DNA of 64,000 nucleotides from Promethearchaeota archaeon. Its GTDB lineage: Archaea > Asgardarchaeota > Lokiarchaeia > Sigyniarchaeales > SOKP01. The stretch lies in contig JBHLOY010000005.1 of the NCBI GenBank assembly GCA_048939995.1, positions 91,753 through 155,752 of the forward strand, written 5' to 3'. Below, one piece after another: positions 41,400-55,196 of the stretch (within the stretch, counting starts at the first letter, position 1; the number at the start of each line of letters is the position of its first letter). A model generated the notes under the pieces. The model ran no database searches. It was not told the DNA's origin and was given only the letters and a program-made list of their open reading frames with translations. Position numbers and translations under genes: made by a program.

Positions 41400-41702
41400 A
41401 TGTCTTCTTTTTTAGAATCTCGAGAATTAAGAAAAAAATATAAAGAAGTCAGAAAGTACGTTAAAATAGGGCCTATATTTCTAACACGATATGAAAAAGC
41501 TAGAATAGTAGGTGCACGTGCACTACAAATTAGTTTTGGGGCTCCCATCTTGGTGGTAAAACCAAAAAATTTAATAGATCCTATTAAGATCGCGCTATTA
41601 GAATTAAAGTCTCAGATTTTACCCTTAACAATCCGAAGGGAATTTCCCTCGGGAGAACATCAAGATATCCCAATTAGTAAACTAATTTTAAAAAAAGATT
41701 AA
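41400..41702 (+). CDS. rpoK: RNA polymerase subunit Rpo6/RpoK
   Basis: [29 protein letters not shown]. Confidence 0.95.
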   Translation: MSSFLESRELRKKYKEVRKYVKIGPIFLTRYEKARIVGARALQISFGAPILVVKPKNLIDPIKIALLELKSQILPLTIRREFPSGEHQDIPISKLILKKD

Positions 41703-41715
41703 AGACCTTCTCAGG

Positions 41716-42162
41716 TTACTGAGTCTTATATTTTCCTCTTTCAGTAAGGAAATAAACAATATTATCCCCTACCTGTTCAGCCTCGATATATCCTTTCACT
41801 AGTAAATTATCAAGGATTTTTTCTAATTCCACCTTTTTAAAAGGTTCCAAACCTAGTAGAACTCTACTTTGATTAGCGATGATCGCAATTCGAGATAGAA
41901 ATAATCGCTTTCCTTGAAATGTCTCTAGAATTGTAAGTTCTTGATTATTTAGACGTTCAAATTGATCATGTTCAATATACTTATCTCTCAAAGCTTTTGC
42001 TAAATCTAAAGTTTCCTGGGTCGCTTCTTGTTTTTTAACTTCTACATGCTTTAGTTGCACTAAGTCTTTAGCCACAGGTTTCTTTGTTGTTTTAGACATT
42101 TGTTCAATATAATTTAAGATTTTTTCTTTTGATTTGTCCATATCTTCTTTTTTGTTTTCCAT
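41716..42162 (-). CDS. Hypothetical protein with C-terminal winged helix
   Basis: ILDNLLVKGYIEAE..VYFLTERG. Confidence 0.6.
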   Translation of the reverse strand: MENKKEDMDKSKEKILNYIEQMSKTTKKPVAKDLVQLKHVEVKKQEATQETLDLAKALRDKYIEHDQFERLNNQELTILETFQGKRLFLSRIAIIANQSRVLLGLEPFKKVELEKILDNLLVKGYIEAEQVGDNIVYFLTERGKYKTQ

Positions 42163-42205
42163 AAATATACCAAAGCAATTTAAAAATAAAAACTTATATT
42201 AATTA

Positions 42206-42772
42206 ATGCAGAAGGTTATCATCCTAAAGAATGGAGATAAGATTATTTTAAGACATGTCAAAGAATTAGATGTTAATGGCATTTGGAATAACTTTAACGA
42301 GGTCGTTGATGAGGGAATTTATATCCCTGTATTATTTCCCGTTAAGTCCGAATTCGAAAAAAATTCTTGGTATAGCAATATCAAAAAACAAGATGACATT
42401 TGTATTGTAGCTATCAATAAAAGTTTAAAGTCTCCTTATAATGTTATTGGAATGTGCGAAGTTTCCAGTATAGAATGGGATGCTGCTTCTCATGTAGGTA
42501 GCTTAGGGATCATTATTCAAAAAGATTATAGAGATATGGGAATTGGCTTTAATTTAATAGATTTAGCGATTCGAGAATCTAAAAGGTTAAATCATAAAGA
42601 AAAAATAATTTTAAGTTGCTTTTCTAATAATGAGAGAGCTTTATATCTCTATAAGAAATTAGGTTTTCTGATTATTGGAATTAGAAAGAATCAATTTTTC
42701 ATGGATTCAAAATATTATGATGAAGTGCTTATGGATTTATGGATTGATGATTATTTAATGGGACAGCAATAG
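42206..42772 (+). CDS. GNAT N-acetyltransferase (RimJ/RimL-like)
   Basis: YRDMGIG, NERALYLYKKLGF. Confidence 0.88.
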   Translation: MQKVIILKNGDKIILRHVKELDVNGIWNNFNEVVDEGIYIPVLFPVKSEFEKNSWYSNIKKQDDICIVAINKSLKSPYNVIGMCEVSSIEWDAASHVGSLGIIIQKDYRDMGIGFNLIDLAIRESKRLNHKEKIILSCFSNNERALYLYKKLGFLIIGIRKNQFFMDSKYYDEVLMDLWIDDYLMGQQ

Positions 42773-42777
42773 TTAAT

Positions 42778-44217
42778 TCATGGAAACCTAGTCTTTTTTT
42801 CATAATGCATTCTACTTTCTGAAGTTAATGGATTTTCGTTCAAAAAGATAAAGTTCAAATTCTTTAAATCGTCAATATCGTTAATTCTGAACTCAGAAAT
42901 GTAATTATGCTCTAAAAATAGAATAATTAGACTTTTAAGGTTTTCCAATCCTTCTAATTTAGTAATTAAATTTTTATCTAAAAATAATTCTTGGAGTTTA
43001 ATTAGTTGGTTTAAACCCTCAATTTTTTTTATCTTATTATTAGAGAGCTCTAATTTTGTCAAATTAGTTAAATTCTGTAAACTTTCAATACGTTCAATTA
43101 AATTGTTCGATATATTTAGTGTTTTCAATTCTGATAAATTATTCAAACAACAAATGCGTTTAATAGAATTATCATTTAATCTAAGAGAAACTAGATTTGG
43201 AAGATATTCTAACTGAGACATATCCTCTATTTTATTATCAGATAAATTTAAACTCTTTAAATTCTGCAATCCTTTGAGATTTTTAATTTTTCTAATATTG
43301 TTATAACTAAGATTCAAAAACTCCAGATTGATTAATTCATCTAAATTTTCTATTTCTGTGAGTAAATTATGATCTAAAGATAATTTTTTCACTCGTGTTA
43401 TACTTAGGTTCTTAATTTTCTTAATTTTATTCATAGACAATTTCAATTCTTCTAAATTCTCCAGATTGTCCAAATTTTCTATTTCTTGAATGTAATTTTC
43501 TGATAAATCAAGAACTTTTAGATTTTTTAAATGATCCAAGTTTTTAATTCTACTTATTTGATTCCTCCGAAGCAGAAGATGTTGTAATCTTGTCAATCTA
43601 TCAAAGCCAGGAATATTTGAGATATCTTTAATATTAAAACTTTCACAATCTAAAAGAATAATCAATCCATTCTTCAATACTACATTATAGCCTTTTTCAT
43701 TACAATAAAAAATATAAAGAATCAAATTAAAGCAAATTTCTAAGTAATCTTCAGAAATTGAAGAATCATCATCAAAGTTAAAGAGCTCTTGAGGAAAGTC
43801 CTTAATATTTTTTGAAAAGTTGTCCTTTATCGTTTTTTTCAAAAATTCCTTAATTACTCTATTAGATTTCTTAGAATTTAATCTATTTAATATCTCTATT
43901 GCCATAAATTTTTGTTCGATATTCTTTTCATTGAATAAAGAAAATCCTAAAAGTGAAATCAGCTTTGGATGATGATAATATCTTTTTTTTAAAAATTCTC
44001 CAGCTAGTAAACGTATTTTTACATCCTCATCAGATAAAAATAGTTGTTCGAAAAATCTGAAATTAGTGCCATTATCAAGCTGACCATAGACTTCTAATGC
44101 TTCCTTCCTTAAATGAAAGTCACTAGAGTTACTTATCCAATCTTTAAGTAGAGAAAATCCCTCTTTTAACCCAATATCATTAATATTTTCCTTAATATAA
44201 TAAGGATTTAAATCCAT
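42778..44217 (-). CDS. HEAT-like N-terminus plus SDS22-type leucine-rich-repeat protein
   Basis: About 11-12 repeats LxxLxLxxNxIxxIxxL; N-terminal LFLSDEDVKIRLLA; ATG at 44217. Confidence 0.88.
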   Translation of the reverse strand: MDLNPYYIKENINDIGLKEGFSLLKDWISNSSDFHLRKEALEVYGQLDNGTNFRFFEQLFLSDEDVKIRLLAGEFLKKRYYHHPKLISLLGFSLFNEKNIEQKFMAIEILNRLNSKKSNRVIKEFLKKTIKDNFSKNIKDFPQELFNFDDDSSISEDYLEICFNLILYIFYCNEKGYNVVLKNGLIILLDCESFNIKDISNIPGFDRLTRLQHLLLRRNQISRIKNLDHLKNLKVLDLSENYIQEIENLDNLENLEELKLSMNKIKKIKNLSITRVKKLSLDHNLLTEIENLDELINLEFLNLSYNNIRKIKNLKGLQNLKSLNLSDNKIEDMSQLEYLPNLVSLRLNDNSIKRICCLNNLSELKTLNISNNLIERIESLQNLTNLTKLELSNNKIKKIEGLNQLIKLQELFLDKNLITKLEGLENLKSLIILFLEHNYISEFRINDIDDLKNLNFIFLNENPLTSESRMHYEKKTRFP

Positions 44218-44465
44218 ATTCAAAAAATCTTATATGCTTAAAGTATGGAATATTTTAAAGAATTTGAATATATCCTATAATCTTATATTACTAAAACTTA
44301 AATTTTATTAACTATTAGCTGTAGCCTTATGCGATTTAACATCTCGATTTTAGAATTTTATTGTGAGTAAAAACGATCATCATTTTGAATTCAAAAATTA
44401 GTCATTTGTGATCGCGTGATTAAACTTGAAAAAAGAGAAAAAGATTTAATTTTCAACAAAACGCA

Positions 44466-44478
44466 ACGACAATATAAA
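44466..44478 (+). promoter_or_regulatory. Candidate BRE/TATA element in the LRR-actin divergent region
   Basis: ACGACAATATAAA; near-identical ACGACAATTATAAA at 45951-45964. Confidence 0.3.
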
Positions 44479-44733
44479 TCAAATTGTCATTCTTTTTAAA
44501 TAGTTTGAAAGAATTTCTTTTGCATATCGCACGTTTAATTTTTGGTTTAAAAAAATTTATAAAGACGAAATTTATTATATTTGTAATTTTAATTTGTTAT
44601 AATTTATCGATATTATTATACATAAAAAAAAATATAATATAGATAAAAATATAAAAACAAAAATTTCTATTTGGAATATAATCAAACATCAAAAATAAAT
44701 TCTAAAAAAATAAAAATAATAAGGCTGAAAAAT

Positions 44734-45879
44734 ATGGCAGAAGAAGAGAGTTTTTTAAATGCAAAAGCCTTAGTTGTTGACAATGGTACTGGTATTTCCA
44801 AAAATGGTTTTGCTGGTGAAGATCAACCACGATCAGTCTTTCCAACCTTAATCGGATATCCAAAATATGAGTCCATAATGACTGATGTTGAACATTACAC
44901 TCGTGAATACTATATTGGGGAAGAAGCTATGCAGCTAAAGGGTGTATTGAAATTAATGTTCCCTGTTGAGCATGGTATTATAGAAGATTGGACCGCAATG
45001 GAAAAGATCTGGCACTATACCTTTTATACAGATTTAAGAATAGATCCTAGCGAACATCCAGTTCTTCTTACAGAAGCTCCATTAAACCCGAGACCAAACA
45101 GAGAAAAAATGGCTGAGATCATGTTTGAAACCTTCAACGTGCCAGCTTTGTATGTAGCAATGCAAGCAGTACTTTCGCTTTATGCTTCTGGTCGTACTAC
45201 GGGATGTGTTATAGATATAGGAGATGGAGTTTCCCACGTTGTCCCAATTTTCGAAGGATTTGCTTTAAGTCATGCCATCCAAAGAATTGACTTAGCAGGT
45301 AGAGACATTACTACATACTTGCAAAGATTACTCCGGCAAAAGGGATACTCATTTACCACTTCTGCAGAGAAAGAAATTGTTCGTGATATAAAAGAAAAAC
45401 TCTGCTATGTAGCAATCGATCCTGAAAAAGAAATGATGCTATCTAAAAAAGTGGCTGGGATGGAAAAAAGCTATATGCTTCCTGATGGAGAAACTATCAA
45501 CGTAGGTGTGGAACGATTCTTAGCCCCTGAGTGTTTCTTTAACCCATCCGTAATTGGAAAAGAATTGGAACCCTTAGACGATGTAATCGTAGGTTCTATT
45601 TCTGAATGTGATGTTGATCTTAGACGAGATCTCTATAGCAATATTGTACTTTCTGGCGGTTCAACTATGTTTCCAGGAATTAAAGAAAGATTAACAAAAG
45701 AAATTAAAGAACAAATTCCTGAGAGTGTTGATGTAAAGATTATTGCTCCACCAGAACGTATGTATTCGGTTTGGATAGGTGGTTCAATTTTAAGCTCTTT
45801 AAAGACATTTCATCGCATGTGGGTTACTAGACGAGAATATAAAGAAATGGGGCCTCAGGTAATTCACCGTTGCTTCTAA
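44734..45879 (+). CDS. Actin (Lokiactin type)
   Basis: [63 protein letters not shown]-terminal IHRCF; ATG at 44734. Confidence 0.97.
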   Translation: MAEEESFLNAKALVVDNGTGISKNGFAGEDQPRSVFPTLIGYPKYESIMTDVEHYTREYYIGEEAMQLKGVLKLMFPVEHGIIEDWTAMEKIWHYTFYTDLRIDPSEHPVLLTEAPLNPRPNREKMAEIMFETFNVPALYVAMQAVLSLYASGRTTGCVIDIGDGVSHVVPIFEGFALSHAIQRIDLAGRDITTYLQRLLRQKGYSFTTSAEKEIVRDIKEKLCYVAIDPEKEMMLSKKVAGMEKSYMLPDGETINVGVERFLAPECFFNPSVIGKELEPLDDVIVGSISECDVDLRRDLYSNIVLSGGSTMFPGIKERLTKEIKEQIPESVDVKIIAPPERMYSVWIGGSILSSLKTFHRMWVTRREYKEMGPQVIHRCF

Positions 45880-45880
45880 C

Positions 45881-45931
45881 GGGGTAATCTCCCACATTCT
45901 TTTTGAAAAATTTTTTATTTTCCTTTTTTTT
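45881..45931 (+). terminator. Candidate terminator after actin
   Basis: GGGG-TAATCT-CCC mini-hairpin followed by several T tracts. Confidence 0.4.
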
Positions 45932-46087
45932 ATTGTTGAGAAAGATTGAAACGACAATTATAAACGTTTTAACTAAATCTTTAAGAAGAATAACAAACCT
46001 TAATGTTCATGCAAAGTTTTAATTTTGATGATTGGATCTTATTTTTTATTAAAAGCATTTTGAATTTAAATAAAGAGCTTATATTAT

Positions 46088-47062
46088 ATGCCCGAAAGTG
46101 GAAACATTCTATACGACTTAAATAAAGTGTTTATTCCTTGTCGCACAGTTTTAGAAATGGAGGCACTTACAGCTTTATTCCTTGAATATTACAATTATGA
46201 TGAAATAAAAGAATTACCTAAGAGCCAACCCTCCAGTCAGAGAATTATTGAACTTTATAGAATCCTTGATTGTAGACCTTTAGAAAGGATAATTGAATAC
46301 TTTATTGACGTTGTTGTGAGTAAATTAAAACCAATTGTAATGTATGAAAGAGATCATCATGATAGATTTCGAATGGGAAATGTAGTCGCCTATACACAGA
46401 CACGTGTGTGTTTATATTTGGCGTTACATAGATTAAAGTTAAAATTTCTATTTATAAAGCATTTTATGGATAATTTTAAAGCAAATAATTATAAATTGAA
46501 TCTTCCTGAAGACCGAAAAGGACTGGGCGCCCACAATTTCCTTTCTACATTTTATGAACAATATTATAAAAGAAATAAAATGAATCTTAAGTTAATGCTT
46601 TCGACTAAACGTGTGTCTGAAAGAGTAAGTGAATTAATGGATACCTCGAAGACAATTACTAATGAAGATATTATAAATGCTATAACATTTAAAAAATTCC
46701 TAGATGATAAAAATCGAATTAAATTTATTATGAAGGAAATTAAAGCATCGTTATTCGTGTGTAAAATGATGTTCGCTAAAATGGATGTTTTCACCCCATT
46801 CACCTTAGCAAAAGAAACCATGATTGATGCCGAAGAAATAATGATTAGTCAAGATTTTATCCCTGCTTTAATACCTGCTATATCAAACTGTATAGTTGAG
46901 AAAAATATCACTCAACTTGAGGATTGCTTTAGAGCTTTCGAATTTATGATGAATAGGGTATTAGAAGGGATAAATAACGCTATCGAAATTGCTTCTGGAG
47001 GTCAAATAAATCTTGATTTAGATGCTACGATCTATAATACCGGAAATATTTTCCAATTTTGA
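46088..47062 (+). CDS. Uncharacterised, probably all-helical protein downstream of actin
   Basis: 324-aa ORF, no recognised motif. Confidence 0.75.
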   Translation: MPESGNILYDLNKVFIPCRTVLEMEALTALFLEYYNYDEIKELPKSQPSSQRIIELYRILDCRPLERIIEYFIDVVVSKLKPIVMYERDHHDRFRMGNVVAYTQTRVCLYLALHRLKLKFLFIKHFMDNFKANNYKLNLPEDRKGLGAHNFLSTFYEQYYKRNKMNLKLMLSTKRVSERVSELMDTSKTITNEDIINAITFKKFLDDKNRIKFIMKEIKASLFVCKMMFAKMDVFTPFTLAKETMIDAEEIMISQDFIPALIPAISNCIVEKNITQLEDCFRAFEFMMNRVLEGINNAIEIASGGQINLDLDATIYNTGNIFQF

Positions 47063-47064
47063 AA

Positions 47065-47493
47065 TTATTTTATAACATCTGTGATAAAACAAGTCTCTAC
47101 AATTTTTATCCCATTAATCTGTGAGATTTTTTCTTCTATCAGAGGATTTATTTCCTCAATTGAGGACAACTCAACTTTTAATAAAAGACCGCAATCTCCG
47201 CTTAATCTCCAAATGTTAGTAACTTCCTCAACTTTATCTAAATCCTTTATTATGTCTTTTATAATTTTCAAATCCGGAAGAACTTTAACTGTAGCGAATG
47301 TTTTTGGCTTATTTTTAATATCGTAATCAATAGTAAACTTTGTAATTATACCATCATCAGTTAACTTTTGCACTCTTCGTCTTACCGTGGCCTCTGTTTT
47401 CCCTACTTTTTGAGAGATCTCATTAAAAGATATTCTGCTATTAGTTTTGAGTATTTCCAAGATCACCTTGTCGATTTCATCTATACTATTCAT
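47065..47493 (-). CDS. Lrp/AsnC family transcriptional regulator
   Basis: IDEIDKVILEILKTNSRISF..EATVRRRVQKL, RLSGD. Confidence 0.92.
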   Translation of the reverse strand: MNSIDEIDKVILEILKTNSRISFNEISQKVGKTEATVRRRVQKLTDDGIITKFTIDYDIKNKPKTFATVKVLPDLKIIKDIIKDLDKVEEVTNIWRLSGDCGLLLKVELSSIEEINPLIEEKISQINGIKIVETCFITDVIK

Positions 47494-47629
47494 CTTATAT
47501 TGCCCAAATATTTTTCAAAGTTTTAAAATATCGACTTTTGTGAATTAAATAATAGAAATTTGATATAAATTTTTTGGATTGTAATTCAATTTAAAAAAAA
47601 CTATTAAGAAAAATTTCTTAAGAACAATT

Positions 47630-48745
47630 TTATTGGGAACGATTTTTAAAAGCTTTTAGGTATCTATCGTATTTTCTTTTACCAAAACTGATAACTTTGG
47701 CTAACATCTCAGATTTTTTAACTGATGTGTTAAATTCAGGTGTTTCTTTTATATATCCTTCCTTCAATGCGTTATTATATAACTTTTCACCAATTTTTGT
47801 CCTAATTACTGCGGTTGTATATCCATCTTTAGAACCTAAACCCCCAAAGGATATGTCGGCATACACATTGGAAAAATCACGGCATGCAAAGCATGCTGCT
47901 CTTGCAAACTCATGAATATCCTTGAAATCAATGTATTTAATTTGATTATTTTTGAGCTCAATTATTAAATTTTCTTTAATGTTTAAATTTTCAACATCAT
48001 TAAATGAAAAATTGAATTTTTCTTCTAATTTTTTGCGAGCTTTTAAATCAAATGAGAAGTTCAAATTACAAAATAACCCTAAAGTATATTTTATAATATG
48101 AGCTGGGAGAATGCTTAATTCTTGCATTTTTCTTATTGACATTATCTGACATGGAGTACCAACAACCGCAATATTCATTGCATCTGAAGATACAACAGAT
48201 TTTAATTCTGTAATTGTAGGTACAAATGAATTATATTTCTCTAAACTTACAACTCCATGAGAAATATCATAATGAGAGCCTGCAGCTTCTATTAAATCTT
48301 CCTTTGTAGTAGCAAAGAAGGGAAATCGATTAAATGGGCCTTCCTTTTTTGATACAATTGCTCCATTAATTAGATTTTTTTCTAGTAAGTATATTAATAC
48401 TGCTGTTACGACTCCTCCATCCGTAGCTTTTTCTCTTATTTCTTTTGAATTAGCTTGAGCTGAAGTAATTTTAACCCAATTCCCAATTGATGTTTTATAG
48501 TTAAATTTCTTATTTAGTTCTTCATCCAATACATGAGTTTGAGGGCATACTAAATAACAAATTCCACATTTTAAGCAATTCTCTTTATTATAATATCTTG
48601 GTGGTCCCTCATCCGGCATTTCGATTGCCTTTATATCATGGGCAGAACAAAAGCTAACACATCCACCACATTCTCCACAAATTCCAGGTTCATGAACATC
48701 CTTTATTAAATCTTCAAAAGATTTAGGAATAACTTCTTCAACCAT
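47630..48745 (-). CDS. FrhB/FdhB-family (F420 hydrogenase beta-like) flavoprotein with N-terminal ferredoxin
   Basis: CGECGGC, CLKCGIC, DGGVVTA, VGTPCQ, GLFC, CFACRDF..ADISFGG. Confidence 0.88.
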   Translation of the reverse strand: MVEEVIPKSFEDLIKDVHEPGICGECGGCVSFCSAHDIKAIEMPDEGPPRYYNKENCLKCGICYLVCPQTHVLDEELNKKFNYKTSIGNWVKITSAQANSKEIREKATDGGVVTAVLIYLLEKNLINGAIVSKKEGPFNRFPFFATTKEDLIEAAGSHYDISHGVVSLEKYNSFVPTITELKSVVSSDAMNIAVVGTPCQIMSIRKMQELSILPAHIIKYTLGLFCNLNFSFDLKARKKLEEKFNFSFNDVENLNIKENLIIELKNNQIKYIDFKDIHEFARAACFACRDFSNVYADISFGGLGSKDGYTTAVIRTKIGEKLYNNALKEGYIKETPEFNTSVKKSEMLAKVISFGKRKYDRYLKAFKNRSQ

Positions 48746-48782
48746 TTTTTAATACCCTTTATTTTTGTTTTATTAAATTAAA

Positions 48783-49622
48783 TTAATATTCATTTGGCAT
48801 TTTCTTTAACTCTGCCAATGAAAATACTGGACCATCTACACATACAAATTTATTTCCGATATTACATCTTCCACATTTGCCGATTCCACATTTCATTCTC
48901 ATTTCTAATGAATTTAAAATTTGCTTATCTTTAAAGTTTAATTCTTCTAGTACTGCGATAGTCGTTTTAATCATAATAGGAGGGCCACATACAACCGCTA
49001 CTGCATTATCAGAAGAAGGTCCGACTTCTTTAACTACGGGTGCAACAAATCCAACTTTATCTTTCCAACCTTCTTCCTCCCGGTCAATTGTTAATATGAC
49101 CTTTATATCATCTCTTTTTTTCCACGCTTCCAGATCTTCCTGATAAAGAACTTCTCCAGAGTCACGATTTCCATAAATTACGGTAATATTTTTATAGTCT
49201 TTTCTATATTTCTCATCCAGCATATATATTACAAGTGAACGTAAAGTTGAAAATGCAAATCCCCCTCCAATAATTACAATATTTTTTCCTTTCATTTCTT
49301 CAATTGGCCAACCGTTACCACAAGGACCTCTAATACCTACTGTATCACCAATATCACAGTTATGTAACGCTGTGGTTACGGTACCCATTTTCTTAATGGT
49401 AAATTTAATCGAACCTTCTTCTGTAGGTGATGATGCAATACCAATTGGACACTCTCCTTTTCCGATTAAACTTATTTCAGCAAATTGTCCTGGAATATAG
49501 TTAAAATTTTTATAATCTTCTTGTTTTTTAAATTCTAATTCCAGTGTTTTAATATCATTAATTTTGTTTTCTGCAATTATATCTTTAACCGTGGTTAATA
49601 TTGGAATATATGGATTAGGCAC
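48783..49622 (-). CDS. flxA: FlxA/AsrB-like FAD/NAD-binding [2Fe-2S] subunit
   Basis: PGQF, RGPCGNG, VCGPPIM, MKCGIGKCGRC, CVDGPVF. Confidence 0.85.
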   Translation of the reverse strand: MPNPYIPILTTVKDIIAENKINDIKTLELEFKKQEDYKNFNYIPGQFAEISLIGKGECPIGIASSPTEEGSIKFTIKKMGTVTTALHNCDIGDTVGIRGPCGNGWPIEEMKGKNIVIIGGGFAFSTLRSLVIYMLDEKYRKDYKNITVIYGNRDSGEVLYQEDLEAWKKRDDIKVILTIDREEEGWKDKVGFVAPVVKEVGPSSDNAVAVVCGPPIMIKTTIAVLEELNFKDKQILNSLEMRMKCGIGKCGRCNIGNKFVCVDGPVFSLAELKKMPNEY

Positions 49623-50673
49623 TCACTTTCTCCTCCTTCACTTCAATCTTTTTAACTTTTTTAATAATAGTTCTTAAATCATTATTTACTGGACATAATT
49701 GAATGCATCTACCGCATCCAACACATCCTAAAATATCATAATTTTCAGGATAATAACAAAATTTATGTAAAATTCTATTTCTGCAACGTTCAATACAACT
49801 ATCTCGTGGATTATGACCACTTGTATGCAGAGTATATAAACAAGATTGACACGTATCCCAAATCCTGATTCTTCTTCCCTTGTTATTATATTGATCATTT
49901 TCATCAATAACATCAAAACATGTACATGTTGGACATAGGAAAGAGCAAGTTCCGCATCCTATACATGCTTCACTGATTTCCTGCCAAATTGGATGCTCAA
50001 AATTAGGATCTAATATTTTATCAATATCTTTTAAATCTAATTGAGTAACGAATGATTCTTCTGCCTGCTTGGATAACTCTTCTGCCTCTTTTATATCTTG
50101 CTTATTCGCATCTGAAAGCCATTCCAATCTATTTACTAATTCTTTCCCCTTCTCACTGATTGCTTCAACTAAATATTTCTCACCCAGATCTATTAAAAAA
50201 ACATCCATATCCTCTTTCATAAAGGGATGACCTTCCAATGATGTACAAAAACATGTTGTTCTGGGATTATTACATCCAATCCCAATAATCGTCGAATTTT
50301 CTCTTTTTTTCAAGAAAATCTCATCCTGAAATTCTCCAAAAGCAAAAAAGTCTTCTAAAAGGACAAAACTATGCGCGTCACATGGTCTTATACCAAATAT
50401 TATATTTTTTTCATCTAAATCAGTTCTTTCGATAATTTCAGTAACATCCTTACCATCAGTTTTATATTCAAACAGTACTTCCATTTTTGGGAATAAAATC
50501 TCCTTTGGAGGTACCTTAGAATTAAGGTAATCTAGAACAATGTCATCAGGATTCATTATTTTTTTAAAGACTATATTTCCTTTTTCTTTAATTGGGGCAA
50601 AAAAATTGAATTCTTCGGCAAGTTCGATATATAACTTTCCTATTTGATTTTTTAATAAAATTTTTTGTTCTAT
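49615..50673 (-). CDS. flxB: FlxB/AsrA-like 4Fe-4S subunit; probable ATA start (track start 50556 looks truncated)
   Basis: GIRPCD, CFC, CIGCGTCSFLCPTCTC, CVGCGRC; frame extends 39 codons to ATA 6 nt after AGGTGG. Confidence 0.8.
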   Translation of the reverse strand: MEQKILLKNQIGKLYIELAEEFNFFAPIKEKGNIVFKKIMNPDDIVLDYLNSKVPPKEILFPKMEVLFEYKTDGKDVTEIIERTDLDEKNIIFGIRPCDAHSFVLLEDFFAFGEFQDEIFLKKRENSTIIGIGCNNPRTTCFCTSLEGHPFMKEDMDVFLIDLGEKYLVEAISEKGKELVNRLEWLSDANKQDIKEAEELSKQAEESFVTQLDLKDIDKILDPNFEHPIWQEISEACIGCGTCSFLCPTCTCFDVIDENDQYNNKGRRIRIWDTCQSCLYTLHTSGHNPRDSCIERCRNRILHKFCYYPENYDILGCVGCGRCIQLCPVNNDLRTIIKKVKKIEVKEEKVSA

Positions 50674-50687
50674 CTTTTACCACCTTT

Positions 50688-51707
50688 TTAATCTTCTTCT
50701 AGCATAAATTCTTCAGCATCTTTCATATTAAAATCCATCATAGGGGGCATTCTTTTCGAATCTATCCCAGATGTGAAATTAAATCTTTCTTTTACTATTT
50801 TTTCTAACTTCCTTGTAATTAAATTTAAATCAATACCTACTGGACAGACACTATTACAAGCTCCACAAGCTACGCATCTCCCAGCTAAATGCATAGCGCG
50901 AACCAAATGAAAAACAACTATATCTGATAATTCTGTAGTTTTCCCGAACCAAATTGGCTTATTTTGATCTACAAAACATAAATTGCAATAACACATTGGG
51001 CAAGCTTCTCGACAAGCATAACATCTGGTGCATGTTTCTAAGGATTCTTTAATATAATCCCATTTTTCATCAGGTGTTTTTAATTCATATTCCTTTAAAT
51101 CCTCAAAATTGTCATCTATAGAACTTATTTCTTGACAATTACCAAGACACATGTTTGCAAATTCAGTAGAAGTTGGAGGAGATTTAACTTTGCAAACTTT
51201 ACATAGTTCATTAATATATTCCTCAAATGGAAATTTTTGTTCAAAACCCTTTCCTTTCACGATTATATCATTGTTAGAAGTTATTACTTCTAAAATTTCT
51301 TTTTCTCCAATTTCCTTTTCGATTTTCTTTCGATTTATGATTCCATTACATCGAATTCCGATCGTCGTTATATTTTCCATTTTAATTTGATTTTCAACTG
51401 ATAAGTGAATTAATGCTCTTCCAACACAGCCTTTTGAAACAATTCCCACTTTTAAGTCTCCTTTTTCAGGATCAGTGAGTTGAGGTATTTTTGGTACTAG
51501 ATATCTAGCTAGATTTACATAGCAAAGATTATTCCAAATTAATTTGTCTACATCTTCCTCTTTAGTTATCATGATAGGGCTAGAACTTAGTGGAACAGTT
51601 CCATTAGTATATCCAATGATCACATCTACTTTTTTCTCCTTTAGGAGCGATCTAGCTGTTTCTCTTATCAAATTTTCAATTTCATTATTCTCTTTCTCAA
51701 TCCCCAT
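50688..51707 (-). CDS. flxC: FlxC-like 4Fe-4S dicluster subunit
   Basis: CTRCYACREACPMCYC, RAMHLAGRCVACGAC; ATG at 51707. Confidence 0.8.
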   Translation of the reverse strand: MGIEKENNEIENLIRETARSLLKEKKVDVIIGYTNGTVPLSSSPIMITKEEDVDKLIWNNLCYVNLARYLVPKIPQLTDPEKGDLKVGIVSKGCVGRALIHLSVENQIKMENITTIGIRCNGIINRKKIEKEIGEKEILEVITSNNDIIVKGKGFEQKFPFEEYINELCKVCKVKSPPTSTEFANMCLGNCQEISSIDDNFEDLKEYELKTPDEKWDYIKESLETCTRCYACREACPMCYCNLCFVDQNKPIWFGKTTELSDIVVFHLVRAMHLAGRCVACGACNSVCPVGIDLNLITRKLEKIVKERFNFTSGIDSKRMPPMMDFNMKDAEEFMLEED

Positions 51708-51709
51708 AC

Positions 51710-52165
51710 TTAACACCAACCTTTACTGAATTTCTTATTTGGTCCTAACTTTTTTACTATTTTTGTAGCCTTTTTAATTAAATTGGCGAATCTTTCACCT
51801 TCAGCTGCAGAAGCCCACATAAAGTTTACTCTTCCAGGTTCTATACCAAAAAATTCTAATAACTCTTCTAAAATTGCGAATCTTCTCCTAGCAACTAAAT
51901 TTCCAGTAAGATAATGGCAATCGCCGGGATGGCATCCTGAAACAACCACTCCGTCCCAACCATCCACTAAACTTTTAATAATGAAATAGGGATTTACCCT
52001 ACCAGAACATGGAACTCTTACTACTCTAATTGAAGGAGGATATTGAATCCTACTAACTCCTGCTAAATCTGCTCCAGCATAAGAACACCAATTACATAGG
52101 AATGCAATTATTTTTGGTTCCCACTCTTCAATTCTTCTCTCCTCTTGATCAGTTTGTGTTGTCAC
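51710..52165 (-). CDS. mvhD: MvhD/FlxD [2Fe-2S] subunit
   Basis: FLCNWCSYAGAD, VPCSGRV, GCHPGDCHY. Confidence 0.92.
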   Translation of the reverse strand: MTTQTDQEERRIEEWEPKIIAFLCNWCSYAGADLAGVSRIQYPPSIRVVRVPCSGRVNPYFIIKSLVDGWDGVVVSGCHPGDCHYLTGNLVARRRFAILEELLEFFGIEPGRVNFMWASAAEGERFANLIKKATKIVKKLGPNKKFSKGWC

Positions 52166-52168
52166 TTT

Positions 52169-55183
<3,015 letters not shown>

Positions 55184-55196
55184 CCTTTTATCCCTC

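Noticed and set aside
44671-44733. 21-aa N-terminal extension on actin from a TTG start
   Set aside because: A-rich low-complexity sequence; ATG at 44734 gives a normal actin length and an acidic N-terminus
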